Shown here: positions 50,271-63,900 of the stretch, piece after piece | Position numbering within the stretch: the stretch's first letter is position 1 | Layout: every line of letters begins with the position of its first letter | Source of the DNA: Raillietiella orientalis | Lineage: Eukaryota | Reading direction: 5' to 3' | Length of the DNA: 64,000 nt | NCBI GenBank assembly: GCA_036172245.1 | Contig: JAYWIR010000034.1 | Span: 124,001-188,000 of the forward strand | Program-made: the position numbers and the translations under genes | The notes under the pieces: generated by a model | Told to the model about the DNA's origin: nothing | Seen by the model: only the letters and a program-made list of their open reading frames with translations | Databases searched by the model: none

Positions 50271-53200
50271 TCACGTAAACAACGTACATAGAATTGTATC
50301 CAAGATGCGTCTCCCACGAGCATTCATTAATGCACAGGAAGACCACAGTTGAGCTGCAGACTTTTCCTGAGCGAGACGTGAATTCTGGAAGGTGGTAACA
50401 TGGTCTTCGCCATTGCGAGGTAGAGTGGAAACAGGCGTGGCTGACCTGCGTCTCGTCCACCGCGTCTTCGTCGTCCGCCAGCAACGTGCGGTAATCGAGA
50501 CGCGACGGCGGTTCCAGGGCGCCACCTTCCGTGCCTTGCGTGCGAAACCTGATGGAGCACGGAGCGAATTGGTCTTCCGCGGGGCTGGACACGGCAACCC
50601 GGGGCAAACGCCTCCCGCCCGCTTTGCCCCAGCGCCGGGATACAGGCCCTCCTCTCACCTCGAGGATGCGTCTTGCTCTTCCAGCCTCTGTCCGACGTCA
50701 CCAAAGACCTTCGTCATGTCTCCCATCCTGGGGAGAACGAGCCAAACACGAGCGCAACGTCGAAGGGCGCTAGCGCGGAGGGCGCGAACGGGCGCTCGGC
50801 GACTTGGCTCACCTGCGCAGGCAGCTGTCGATGAGGCAGGCCTGGGTCAGCTCGCAACCCGTCTGCAAGAAAGAAGGACACGCGACGACTGCGGCGACGA
50901 GAGAAACGGACGCTGGCGAGGGAGGCCGCATGCGCAGCGCGATCGCGACGCGGAGGCGCCAGCACCACGACGCCTGCCGTAGTCCCGCCGGAGAAAGTGC
51001 GAGCCCGCTGCGCAAACCCGAGCCTCCCTCCTCCCCGTATCACGCACCGACACCCCAACATTACGTCTCTGGCAGGTGGTCCCACGGCGTCGCACGGGTG
51101 CACCGGCCGCTCCACGAACGGCTGCACAGCGAGCCCGGCGCTCGCGGGAGCCTGGTGCCGGTACGCCTGCTCTGCGTCGTGTACCTCCACCCTGCGGGCC
51201 AAGAAAAAGACCAGGGAAGCGGGGAAAGGAGACGAGCAGGCGGTCTGGCTGACCTGGTTTCCGCTCTCTTCGGCGCGTGCTCAAACAGCTTGCTGATGAG
51301 CGCGCGCACCCTCGTCGGCCAGTCCTCCGGCATGTCTCCCGACTCGGCCTCCAAGATGTTCTGGAAAGTACGGCGAGGCGCAGAGAGCTGGTATGGATCT
51401 TTATGCAGCACTGAATGACTCTGCTACTTTAAATCCACTTGGGGATTTAAAATGGGGGTGTGGAGTGCTCCGCGCTCGCTCGAATGGGAAGCTGGCGGTC
51501 GAAGAAGCAACGGCCTCACCAGCAAGCTGGTCCTCCACAAGGGAAGCTCAGGGGCGTCCTGCGACCGTCGAATGCTGGCGTTCGCCTGCGGGAGATGGGG
51601 TCGCCTGCGCGTCTGCGGTCCGGACGCACCGACGTGCTTTTTGAGCTGCTGCTGCTTCTGCAAAAAGTCCAGCGAAGTGAGGTCCGTTGGAGCGCGCGAA
51701 TCGAGAGGACGCCGATGTCCAATGTTCAGGCGTCCAGCGCCGGACGACGCGAGGCGTTCCAACGGCGACGTTCCGTCTCGAAAGAAATGACCCTGTCCAA
51801 AAAGGCAGGCGCCCCGCGGGACCGATTCATTCTCGGCCTGAATCCCACCGCCTTCTCCGTCGCTCTAGGCTTGTGCTCCTGCCCTCCCACCCTTACGCAG
51901 GCGTCGACGAGCGCGCGCATCGCTCCGATGCGGTGTCCAGGGCAGCCTCCATTTCCTCTCACCTTCTCCAATTGTCTCTCCGCCAGTTTCCACATCCATC
52001 GGAACATGTTGTCCCGGTCCTGGTGGCCGCCCAGTTTGATCCAGGCTGCCTCTTTGTCCTGGAAGGGGGTGAATGCAAGTCTCCTCGTACACACATCACC
52101 GACGGACTTGCACGTCCCGGCGAGCGGTCCCTTTCACGTACCGCCAAGAAGCCTCGCGCCTTTTCCATCCCCCTATCTTGAGTTTCTCCTGGACGATCAG
52201 GTTTTCGTTCTGCAGAGCGGGCAGGCGCCCACTCATGCTTTGCTTCTTGTTCTCCTCCTCCCGCTTTCTGATCTCATCCAGCCTTTAGTCTCACATTAAT
52301 CTCCCGGCGTCGATCGATCAGCGTCAGCTCGACGGACAGAACGCTTCGGAGAAACTTTTTGAACTTTCCAAAGTCTCCGTTCAGGTCCTTCTTCACTCTT
52401 TCCAGCGTGGCCTCCTCCTGGCCGAAGAGGAAGCTCAGGATGCATTGCAGCTCCTTGCTGCCTTCTAAAAACTGCTTCTGCCGACTCCGTTGTTCGTCGG
52501 TGAGTAGCGAAAAGAAGTCGCCGATTTGGGTCTTCAAGCGCTGGAGGTGTTCGAGAACCGCTTCCGCCCTGCGGTTCCTTTCCTCCAGCACGTCCCTCAG
52601 CTTGACGCGGACGCTCCGCATGAGAGCCAGCAACACTTTCGGCTGCCCTTGCGCCTTGCGGACGAGCCCCTCGACCTGGGCGGCACCCAGGTCGCACACG
52701 CAGTAGAAGAGCATCCACAGGGCTTCCGCATCCACGCATCGCAACAGGCGTGCGCAGTCCTGCTGGGTGGTCAGCAAAGCGCACAGGTCGCTCAGCACGC
52801 GAACGCTGTTTGCGTCGTTGGGGACGTGCGTCTGCAGACGGGCCGCCTTCCTCTCCCCCAGCGTGTCCCTGTCCCTGTCCCCACCCTCCCCTGTTTTTTT
52901 GTTTATTTCGTACCCTTACTCCCCGTTCCCTTCTTTTTGAAGCCGGCCTGCGTGCCGGTGGTCTTACTGGGTTGAACTTTCTGTATGGGCGTTTCTTGTG
53001 TCTTGAGGAGATGCATACCCCCTCAAGTTTGTGGTTTGTTCTTCTGAATAAACGTCCCGGCGTGACCGGGTTCAAACCTCTCCTCGGGTGCATCCCACGA
53101 TGGGTCGGTGATCTGAAGGCTGACAGACCCACCCTGTGCACCTTCCTCGCCCTCCCTTACCGCAGTCACGAAGTCATCCTCGCTGACCATCAGCGCCGTG

Positions 53201-53951
53201 TCTTCCTGCACGTGCGAGTGGAGAGGAGGACAAGCGTTAGACAAGCTGCGGGCGCGCTGACGCGCTCCGCTGAGCGCTCCCGCTCGGCGATGCTTACCGG
53301 CCTCCCCAAGATGTTTACGTTCCGAATCTGCTCATCGTCGTCCAATCCAAGGTTCAGCACCACGCAGGACACTTGCCTCATCAGCGTAACAAGCTGATAC
53401 AGCGTGAACGACAGGCACTGATGCCTGTCGCTCACGGGCAGAATGGAAAAAAATTCCTGAGGCGCAAAAGAGAGGCGAAATTCAGGTGCTACGCGGAAGC
53501 GCTGCGCGCAACGACGAGCGCGCGCGCGCGCTCCAGGGCCGGCGCTGCTTCACGGATGCTGAACTCTTACCTGCAACGCGTTTTCCATCCAACGGTGCAT
53601 GGATATCAACCTGGTCAGAAACCAGGGGGTAGGGGTGGTTCTTCCGCTACCTAGTCTCTCCTGCAGCTCGTTTCCCACGTTCTGGTAATAGTGAAGGCTT
53701 CTCGTTATTTTCTTTTTGAATCCCAGAGTCCTTTCGATCCTGCGCTCTCTGTCCGCAATATCCGCAGCAGGGATTTCCTTCCCCCTTCGCAAAACGACCT
53801 TGATCTCGTCGATCAACCGGTCTATCCTTTGCCGCATTCCACGCAGGACTTCCTCATATTTCTGCTGGCACTCTCTGCCGCCGCCTCGAAACTCCATGAT
53901 GTTCTTCGTTTTCCTTTCTAAATGAATTCCAGCCCGAACGAATGTTTCCAT
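50271..53951 (-). CDS. Unrecognised multi-exon gene (13 exons, about 720 aa; helical/coiled-coil N-terminal half); may extend 5' to ATG 54795
   Basis: Exons 53951-53571, 53456-53298, 53205-53161, 52831-52295, 52209-52108, 52058-51963, 51792-51520, 51360-51254, 51191-51065, 50862-50813, 50727-50659, 50548-50446, 50384-50271. Twelve GT-AG introns (donors include gtaaga, gtaagc, gtaagg, gtgaga, gtgagg, gtgagc) join in frame without stops (2163 nt). First and last exons are uncertain. Confidence 0.7.
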
Positions 53952-56900
53952 GGTTTTTCATCTTCTTGGCTGGGAGGGGGGGAATGCTTTTCCTCTCCTC
54001 GCGAAGTGCCGAATGGGTCATTGGCTCCAACACGATCGCCCCTTTGCAACTGCGAACGACCGCCAACCTGCGAACTGCCGAGCGCCATGATTTCGGCGCT
54101 GCGGGCGCTGCGGATGGCGCTCCATTCGACCGCGGATCGGTGAACCGAGGGAACAGCGGTATGGTGCATTGATGTGGTCTCCAGAATCGGAGCGCCAACT
54201 GCGGGTGCATATCAGGAAGAAACGGACTCTTTCTCGTGCCCTGAGTTCGTGGCGTACCTCGGTTCCACGTGGCGTTAGCGTGCCGGCAGATTTCTGGTTC
54301 CGTCCGCTACCTATCGGAGAGCGAAAGAGCGGGGGATGGCACTGTTTCGGGCGACGGTGCCAAGACGAAAGCAGACTGTCGTTTGCTGGTAGATGTTGGA
54401 AGCCTTTGAGCCAAAGCTTTTTCCTTTCGCGTTCCATTGGCACAGTTTGCAGGGGCGCGAGATCCGTCGGTTGACCCACACGCGCCCGCAGCAAGTGGTC
54501 TGGTTTCCGTGTGAAGCGGCTCCAGATCCTCTTCGTAGGAGCATCGTTTCACAGCAGGATCAGTGAAGGTTCCCTGCGTTGCCCTCGGCATTCTTCTGCA
54601 GCGACCAAGCAGCAGGGTTGCGCGTGTCTGTGTCTTCTGCTGGTCAATCCGCAGATCCAAATACATGAAACTGCTGTCCTTCTTCAATCGCTGCGCAAAT
54701 CCTGATCCTACTCTTGCGTGCGAAGTGCTCCCTGGAATAGGTGGCGGCAAGCACTTGCGCGGTCGCCTCAGATTCTGGGATTTCCATTCCTCCATGCTAC
54801 GCGTTCGCAGGATGGTGACCAGCAAAGGCCGACGCGTGCACGAAATTTCAGCTGACTACCATTCTCTTCGGTGCTGTGAGTGTCCGGTGTTTCCGCAGCC
54901 TTTTGCTCCTTGGACCACTATTCCGTGCAGGTCGTTTGTCTCTTTTTGTTTTCCAATTCGCATCAGGGGAAAAAAAAGATTATACAACGGCCGCTCCGAT
55001 TTCTGTCGGATGCTCGTTTGAATCGGATGGCGTTCACCAACTTTGCAAGAGATTTCCCATCCAACCGTTGCATGCGGTGTCGGTTTGCAAGAGATAGGAG
55101 CACGAGAGAAAGTGTGCGCGCCGCCAGCATCCGTCGCTTTCTCACACGATTGACTGCATTCTCGGTGGGCTCGAATGTGCTGCGGAAGTTTCTACCTTTC
55201 CACTGTGGATTGACGCCCTATAGGGAAGGTGGAAAATTTTTTGCGAGGTCCACACTTACTGTGCGAGGAGCTCTGCGCAGACATTCGAAACGCAGGAGCT
55301 TTGGCGTTGTTCAGCCATCTACCTTTTTCTCTGATGCTTGTCAAGCAAGTAGGTGATTCTCAATTCAAAGAGCACAGGTGAAACAAAACAGGCGACGCGA
55401 CAGCAAGAATCACGATGCAATCAACTACGATATGCGTTCGAACCGATTTCGCACTGCCAACCATGTGCTGGTTGGCTCGCTTGCCACTGTGGGGTCACCC
55501 AATAGAAATAAGGTTAATGTGAATAAAGGCACATGGATGGCATGCCTACACATGTTCCCGTGTTCCATTTTGTGACCAGTGCAAACCGCAGCTGATCAAA
55601 AGTATGGACTCCTGAAACTCCAAGCTCGTGACATTCTTCAGCAACACCCTACACCATTGGTTGCAAATTTTTCCCAGTACGAGAGGGTCACTGTACATAA
55701 CCTTTTACTAACTTTCACAGGAATCAAAAAATACTCTATTTCTGAACAACTGGATTCCAAAATTGATGCTTGGGGAGATGAGAGACTCGAGAATCATACG
55801 GCAGAGAGCTCCCTCTCAAAGCTCTGCTCAGCAAGAGCACGAGTGAATTTTTGGTGAATCTGCAAGTCACCCATGCAAGGGAAATCATGACTACCAACTT
55901 GAAGCACAAGTCATGATGCACGTTAATCAGGAAAACTTGGCATACAGCGTTGCAGTCCATCCATTTCTGTTCTACCCACTCCGGTGCACGTTAAAAAGGA
56001 AGGTGGATCAATAACGACGTCGTTTAATAATGTCCGGTTTCCACGTTATGGGGTGAGTCTCTTCAGTCTAAGGAAGAATGCTGACATGCAAACAATCGAT
56101 GCAGATTGACTTACGGCAGTTTCATCCTCTCGGAAGATTTTGATGGTTTTATCGGCATCTGTTGTTATCAGCCTGCTCAAATCAAATGTGAGTGAGGAAA
56201 TACCCGTGCGTCCTCCTCCTCCACCTCCTCAGGAATGGCGAGTGACACCTGTTCCATATGCTTCGTTTTACAATGCCGCCGCCCTCCATCCCACACCGGT
56301 TCCCGTCCTCGTCTCCGAACTCTATCACCTTCGCCAGATTCTCCGGATCCAGCACCTCTTCTTCCTTCTCCCAGTCCAGAATCCCGTCTCCTTACTAGCA
56401 ACCCAACCTGCTCCGCGGCACCTGCAACTGTCTCATCTTCCCCATCCTGGTCCTCTGCCTGTTTCTGCGCACTTTGTGCGGCAACGCTGGTCCGCATGCC
56501 TCACCGGAATTGCTGGACTGCATCTACACGGTTGTTTCCTCCTGCAAGCGTGTCGCCTCATCAAGGCACGATCGCCTGATCAAGGCAGAAGCTTTCTCTC
56601 GGATGAAAGAATATTTCATCCTTTGTTGCAACGTTCCACGACGAAACATGATGCGCGACGCCTTGGAAACGACATGTTTCATTCTGAGCGTATAGCGGAG
56701 GAGCGTGGCGCTGGTCGCGCATGCACGCCTGGCGTACGCACGCCCGAGCGCCGCGCTCTGCGCCCGTCCGACGACGAGCGTTCGCACCGTGCGCACGGGC
56801 AAGGCAGGCTGGCGGCACACCCTACGCATCCAGCCGCTTGGTCGCTTGGCAGCTGTTCTGCAGGCTCGCTGCCCACCAACGGGTAGCCCCTTTGTCACTC

Positions 56901-57014
56901 GGATTTGCCTCAGCATTGGTTATTCGAATTGTTATCAACCGAAAGTTTCTGATGATGTGTCGTCATGGATCTGTTTTGCGTGGTGGAGCATTTGGTTTTC
57001 CCACGCGCGGATGA

Positions 57015-58000
57015 CTTGCCGTCAACCGGTACGCAGACCGGTGAGGTCCTCTCCGTTGGCGGTGGGGGAGGGAATACCGAAAAGACAAATATAAAAAAAT
57101 CACCAAAAAGGAAGGGAAATGTTTTTCGGGAATGGCAGGGCGGGGATAGGATCATTGGTCGCCTGGAGTGGTCCTCTGCATCCTGTTACGAATGCTGGCA
57201 AGTGCTGGGCGGATATTCCAGAGTCGGGGTTATCGGACGGCGCTCTTCATGAAGATTTCCGTCCAGTGGGTGGCACCCCTGCTGTTTTGCCCTCTTCTGT
57301 CCGCGGTCCACCTTGCCCTGATTCCGCGTACGCAGCAGGGAACTGTCAGAGAAGCGGCGGGGTTAAGGCGTCACGCAGGAAGAGACTGTGGAAAATGTTT
57401 TTCCGGTCTCCTACTGGGATTTTCAGGATCGACGAAAGTCGATCCCACAGTGCACGGAGAGCGATACAGTCTATTGAGAGATGCGGAAAGGTGTTCCCTT
57501 TCGCCGCACGCTCCATACTGGGCATCACCACTGCCAAGTGTCCAGTGGTATAGGCGTGCTCTGCACGAGATTCCCCAGTGCAACAACCGCAACGCCGTTG
57601 CTTGCCACTTCATCGGGAGGCCGCCACTGTGCCAACACGCTGGGGCCACTTCCCCTCCTCCGGAAGCATTCCGAGGAGCTCGCCCCAGAGCAAAACTCGT
57701 TTAGGAGGGAAACTCGAGGTCGCAGCGACCGCTAGCTTCCGAGTTGTCCACACCTTCAACAATGTTTTCCTACCTCCGACACGCTGGGGGCCACTTCCCA
57801 CAATGCTCTTTCGTTGCTGTCTTTAGCGTTCCTAAGGGAGAGCAGCACTGGGGAAGGGGGGGGGGGACTAAACGAAGCTCACAGCAGCCTGCGTGGGTGG
57901 TTAAGGATCTTCTGCAGGGGCTCTCAAGCGTGCTCCCTTTCCGGAGACTGCGCCTCGCTCGAGCCGTTGATTTTTCCCTATGCGGAACTGACTCCTGAAG
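57015..58000 (-). mobile_element. 5'-truncated LINE 3' fragment, copy B (more divergent)
   Basis: Minus-strand NTFPHLSIDCIALRALWDRL knuckle remnant; shares ccggtacgcagac(c/a)ggtgag with copy A and the catgaa...gtgg(a/g)tggca block with copies A and C. Confidence 0.6.
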
Positions 58001-58537
58001 CCAGGCCGTGTAGTTTGCGTAGAGTCAGGAGATCCATGTATTCTCCTGCACCAGTGTAACCATCTGGCGGAGCTGATGACTACATTTCCTCAGGATGCGG
58101 TCGTGGGCCACGAAGATCGAAAACAATCCTTCGCAGCCGGTCGCTCTTGTGGCGAGGAGGCGTGTAGACTTGCACCCTCCTCGCCACAAGACCGAACGGT
58201 TAGCAGATTTCTCGGACCAAGCGCTTCAGGCGGTCCCAGTCCTCAGGGTCCTGCAGCCTGAACCCAGATGGCAACACGTGGAGGTGTATCACGGCTCCCG
58301 GGAGTTTCATCCAGTTTCGTGGTAGGCGCCACGCATCCGAGGGATGACTTCTGCCATGAGGACCATCCTCAACTTCGATACAAGAAAGAGTGGACAGTGT
58401 CGACGGTAGCTTGCTGTCCTTGCCCACACGGGAGCACTCGATTTCCACCCGGTTGCGCTGCTTTATTGATTTCAAAAGTAAACATATAAAAAGAACTGTG
58501 ATTGGACCAGCGGTCAACCAAGAGCAATTCAGTGGAT

Positions 58538-59520
58538 ACCTGCCGGGTCACCGGTTCGATGACCGGCGCGGTCTACCACGGCAGCAGAGGAGAGGGTACA
58601 AACAAAAAGAAAAAAAGAAACAAATAAAACTAAACACACTTAGGGGGTACAGGAAGGGATCACGTTCTGCTGGTGGCAGTTCTGTGCATCCTGTTTAGTA
58701 TGCCGTCTAGGTCATTCTGGATATTCTGTGCAAGTGGAGCCATCGCGTCGCCATCCTAATGAAATGGACAGCGATGTGGATGGCATCCCTATCTCTGGGT
58801 CCTCCTGTTGCTTTGCTTCATGAAGCGACGATCCCGCGTAGGCAACACAGAACTGCCAGCGAAACCGTTGTCCGAAGGGCGTCGCGAACGAAGACAGGTT
58901 TCAAAGCGTCCCTGAAGTTTCCTGCGGAGGTTCCCAGGGACTCAGCAAAGAGTTCCCACAAAAACCGAAAGGCAACACAGTCCAATAACAAGTATGGGAG
59001 GGAATCACGTTGCCCTCACCTGACACTGTTGGGGTCCACACACTCCTGCATCCAGTGAGGACGGCAAGCGGTGCACGGGAGTTCCCAGTACAGCACTAAG
59101 AGCGCCGATTTTTGCCACTTCAAGAAAAGGATGAGGGCGTCCATGAGCATCGGGGGCCACTTCAGGTGCTCCGGCGAAACATACAGCAGCACTCTATACA
59201 GCAAGAATCCATGAAGTGGAGTATTCGGGGTCGCAGCGTCAGTGAGCTGGCCCGTCTGGGACACGCCAGGACCTTTCTCCATTCGGAAGTTCACTTGACT
59301 ATCCATTTCGCCGCGATGCTGCTGCTCAGGTGTTTCCTGAGGGAGGGCAGCGCTGCGGCGAAGTTCTTCCTGTCCACGCGCTTTTTCCACGATTCTTTAG
59401 GATCTCTCGGAGCGCGCAGCGGTTGTTGCTCACGAACAGAAACTGGAGAACCTGTTCCCTGCGTTGCTCCTGGCTCCTCGACCACGCGCGTACGCTGCAT
59501 GCGCACCTTGAAGACAACCA
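58538..59520 (-). mobile_element. 5'-truncated LINE 3' fragment, copy C
   Basis: Minus-strand QRDSLPYLLLDCVAFRFLWE, RDALKPVF and RDAIHIAVHFIRM align with copy A. Many differences fall on third codon positions. Confidence 0.7.
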
Positions 59521-59949
59521 AGGAAAAGGAAACAAATCATCCAGTCCAATCACCTCGCCAATCGGTGACAGCATCCAGACAGCATTCCCTTCGACGGGAC
59601 CATTCGAATGATAGTGGGAGTCAGCAACAGCTTCGATAGCCTCGTTAAGGGAACGAGCAACCAGGATTCTTCAAAGCAACGGAACGGGATCGCATGCACC
59701 TTTCAGAAGGAGACTTCCAGCGCTCACGTCAACTATGTGCCCCGCTGTAGCGTATCTCTCTGCATTTTCGGTTTCCTCCTTCACGAGTGAGAGGAAGGAT
59801 GGGGACGTCAGGTTTTCGAGTTTCGGATGGCTCGATGGCATCTCACCTGCACTCCTTAAGGGAGCGACGTGGACAACATCCGTTTCTCAGACTCGGACTC
59901 TGGCTTCCCCGAAGCAAAGGAAGAGAAAAACAAAAGAAAGCCAGTTACC

Positions 59950-62900
59950 GAAGAGCTTCCTCCTCCTCCCAAAGCACTGGTGGAGTGAAAAGTGATTGAG
60001 GAGGAGAAGCAGCAGGTGAATCAATATGAGCAGGAAGTGGTCATTCTTGAAGAACTCCGTCAGGAGAACACGGAAGAGGAGCAGAAGACAGTCCTGCTCT
60101 AATTGTTCGAAGTCCAGAAGGCGACGATGAAGACAGAGATGACTCAAGAGAGGTTCCAGATGACCCATCAGATAAATTTGTTGGCAGCCGAGTTCCTTGA
60201 GTCAGCGCTAAATGTCTTGAACCCTGCACGGAAAACCACGTGGGTTGTCCGTCTGACCCAAGAGAAAGAAACCACTAATGAGGGCATCACCAACTATGTC
60301 GATCTAGAGAGCGACCTGAGAGACATGAGAATGGAAAACCTGCGGAGAGAAGACAGCGTCTCCCAAGAAGAAAGAAAAAATTAAAAACAAATTCTCGACT
60401 TAATCCTCGATAGCCTCCTTCCTGTCGTTCACTAAGAGTCTTCAGATTGCCTTCTGGAACATCAACTCCATTTGGTACTAGGAGAAAAGAAAAAGAATCA
60501 CGCGCACCATCGAGCGTGATAATATCGTGTGTCAACAGCAGACCCACGAGACGGGTCACCAGATTTGCCTCGAACTCGAACGATTTCTAAGCATCCAGCT
60601 GTTCGTCAGTGCGGGCGAAAAGACGAAAAAGGTGGTGATCCTCGTAAAGAATGCGATCGTCCACGTCATCCTGAAAACTTTTTCTCCATGTCCCTGCTGG
60701 ATCGTCAGATTTCAGATGTGCTGGTTCGGAAGCGTTCACCCTTTTCCTGGTAAATGTGCACGAGTCGCACGAAGGAAAACATCAGTTTGAGGAGGCATTG
60801 CAGATCCTTCTGCGCTACAAGTCCGTGCCAAGGACATCATTGTCGTTGTGGGTGATTTCAACATACTAGACAACATCACAGTCCAAAGATATCCGAGGAA
60901 GGAAGGCATATCAGCAGCTGTTTGGGGAATTTGGACTGCGGTGGCTAACAGCGAGTCACAAGCCGATTGGCAATATCCTCTACTGTAAGGAAATCGAGAG
61001 CCTCATCCAGGGATTTCGGGGCACGAAGACCCTGCCGTAGGATCACCTGATGCTGCTCACCGCGAATCCTCGACAGATGAGAGTCACAAGCACTCATCAG
61101 CATGCCCTCCTGGTTCGAGGCGCTTCCTTGTCACCAACAGCTCATCGAGACAATCTTGCGTGCCACCACCATACGCAGCGTCGATGACTCGGACAGGCTG
61201 ACGCACACTATTCACTTGTTCTGCTCTGCAGCATGCAGTACAGAGGCAGAAAGTTAAGGCAGGGAACGTGCCGGCATCTCAACTTCTCCTACGCTCTCAT
61301 TCGTCTCCTCCTTTTCCAGATCCAAATCTGATTCATCTCGGAGTACTTGGACTAGTACAACAGGAGGTTCGTCTTCCGCAACGTAAAAGGGGAGATCGGT
61401 GTGCTGGAAAAAAAACATCATATAATTCCAAAATGTAGTACGGCACACTTGGGATCAAGGAGGCCTTCCAAGAGCATTTCCCTTACCATTTTCGACGTCG
61501 AGATCTGTGCCCGATGGGGCAACAAGTTATCCTGCAGCACCTGCAGCGAAGATTCTCACATAACCAGCCGGAATGACTGGATACGAACGTGCCCATGGAG
61601 GAAACAAAGAGTGGGTTTGCGGAACTTCTCAAAGAAGTGGGTGCAGATCAAGTGGTTCCACTCTCAAAGGTGCCTGCACGCCTACCTGAGTCTTTTCCAC
61701 GGACTGACGACCAGAATCAAGGAGAGGCAGCTCACAGAGTTCCAAAAAAGCAGAATGAGACTGCTGCCGAAAAGTGGCGATCTAACGGAAGTCGCGCAGT
61801 CAACCAACCACCTATTCCATCATGAATCTGTATTCATGATGGAATAGATGCGAAGTGATTAGCAAAGATCTGAGCCAACCACTTGAAAAAGATCATGATG
61901 TCGTTGATCTCTCCCACTCATATATGCGCCGTATCTGGTCGGCGCATGTCTTACAACGTGAAGTGCGCTCAGGCTACCGTCGACTACAGCAGATACACAA
62001 CCTGCTACTGGTCTTCACAGACATGGAGAAGGCAGTTGACATCATGGACTACGGATGCTGAGGAGAATCCAAGAGAAAATGGGCTTCCCACAGTACTTTT
62101 CCGAATACGTACGGATGACCCTGAACAGAGCCCATTTTCGGATCAAGATCAATGGGTACAAGATAGCAGAAGTCAGAACAGAAAGGGGAGTCCGTCAAGG
62201 AGATATCCTTAGTCCACTGCTGCTTGCCATCTATGTGGAGGCTGTGTCGTCACTGGTCGACAGGGGTCACCGCCTCCAAGGAATCCGGATCGACGACGGC
62301 AGACTGACCTACCTGATGTATGAGAGCGGTCTTCTCTTCTTCCTGAAGGGCGAGACGAATCAGCATGCCTTTCTGGACGTAGCGCAGTTCATAGAGTAAG
62401 GACTAGGGCTAAAGATCAATGGCCAGAAATCCCAACTGTTGCCTGTCAGAATCCTGAACCCCTCCACACTAACGGAGAAAGGAATCCGAGTGATGGATCG
62501 GATCAAGTACCTCGGAATCAGCGTCAGCGACGCGTCAGCGTCACAGACGTGGTGCAAGGAAATCCTGGAGAAGACCAGAGAGGAAGTAGCAACGTACAGC
62601 CGGGTTGACTTCAACATGAAGCAAAGGACCAATTTTTGGAATGGCGTTCTCCTTCCCAAGGTGCTCTACGGAACGGTCTTCTGCCGAATAGATAAGACTC
62701 GGATAGAAGTGGAAAAAAGAAAATTACCTTCAAGAATTTAAATCGCAGGTGAGGCTAAAGCTTTAATGCCTCCCGAGAGAAGGAGGGACCCAGATGAAGC
62801 CACTGGAACATTTCGTGGAAACCATGGACCCGGGCAACTCCTGGAGCTTACCAATGATTATGACAAGAGGTCATTTGTGCACACCGAGCCTACTCGAAGC

Positions 62901-63900
62901 TATTGATTAACTGGAGTGGCTTGATGACAGCCGTTGAAGGTCAAACAGGAGAATAGGTGAACAGAGATCCCACCTGAAAACAAAAACAGCACTGGTGAGA
63001 GTTCACCAATTCAAAATAATGCATAGGAGTAAAGAACTGCATGAGGAAGAACTGATCTTGGTGACTTCTTGCTTACTCCCGTTCCCCGGGGGACGGCTCA
63101 ATAGATAAACTAGTGGACCAGACTGAAAACTAGAGATTGCAAACAGTTCGCTACCAATGGCAACCAACATCAAATGAGAGTGTTCCAATACAACGGAAAA
63201 GTAAGTGGATAATTTACGCACAGAACACAAAATGTGGAAAAACCAAAAACAACTACGCGTGGTCGAAAACAATGCAGAAGGACTTTCGAAAACTCCCGCA
63301 AAAGACTGGAACCACGACGCTCTTTCCAAGGCTTCCAAGCCTTGGAAAAGGGATCCTCAACGTGCACCTGCGCGCGGTTGGAGGGACAGTCTGGAGGAGC
63401 GACCTACCACAGGACACTCAGGATGACCTCCTCACGTTTTATCACGTACGAACTCTGAGTGGTTCCACGATCAAATACTGGATGGGCAACATCTAGGATA
63501 AGTTCTGCACGGTATGTGGAGTCCCGGGGAGCGCGGCTCCACGTGCTCACCTGCCCAATGCTGCGCCAGGACGGGACAGCGCTGAAGACGGTGGCAGACC
63601 TGTAGACGAGTTCAAGGATGTCACTGGTGACATTATTGTTTGAAAAGCGTGGCAACGTTCTCCGTTACATTCCCATTGGACGTGCAGCGATTTCCCTCTT
63701 CATCACAAGCATTGTGATGAGAAGGGCCAAGCTACGGAAAATAAGAACAACGTCGGCCACATAAATTTTCAAAGGACATATTCAGAAGGAGATTGGCATT
63801 AGGAACTGTGGCCGAATCCCAGCCTGGATGTATTCCTACATAGACTGAAGACATCTCAGGGTGAACGGAATGTCCCCCAACCCACTAGTGACCAGAATCC
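59950..63900 (+). mobile_element. Decayed non-LTR retrotransposon (L1/Tx1-like LINE): ORF1-like, APE endonuclease, RT and Zn-knuckle remnants
   Basis: Charged coiled-coil-like remnant at about 60.0-60.4 kb; DIIVVVGDFN at about 60833-60862; IDAK*LAKI*ANHLKK at about 61.85 kb; FTDMEKAVD at about 62.02 kb; RGVRQGDILSPLLLAIYVE at about 62.19-62.24 kb; YADD decayed to YESG; IKYLGISV; CTVCG...HVLTCP at about 63.5 kb. Many stops and frameshifts; ends approximate. Confidence 0.85.

Noticed and set aside
55700..56500. Possible extra LINE endonuclease remnant (minus-strand TLYA, CMGDL) and ORF 56140-56886
   Set aside because: Motifs are too short and degenerate to support a call.
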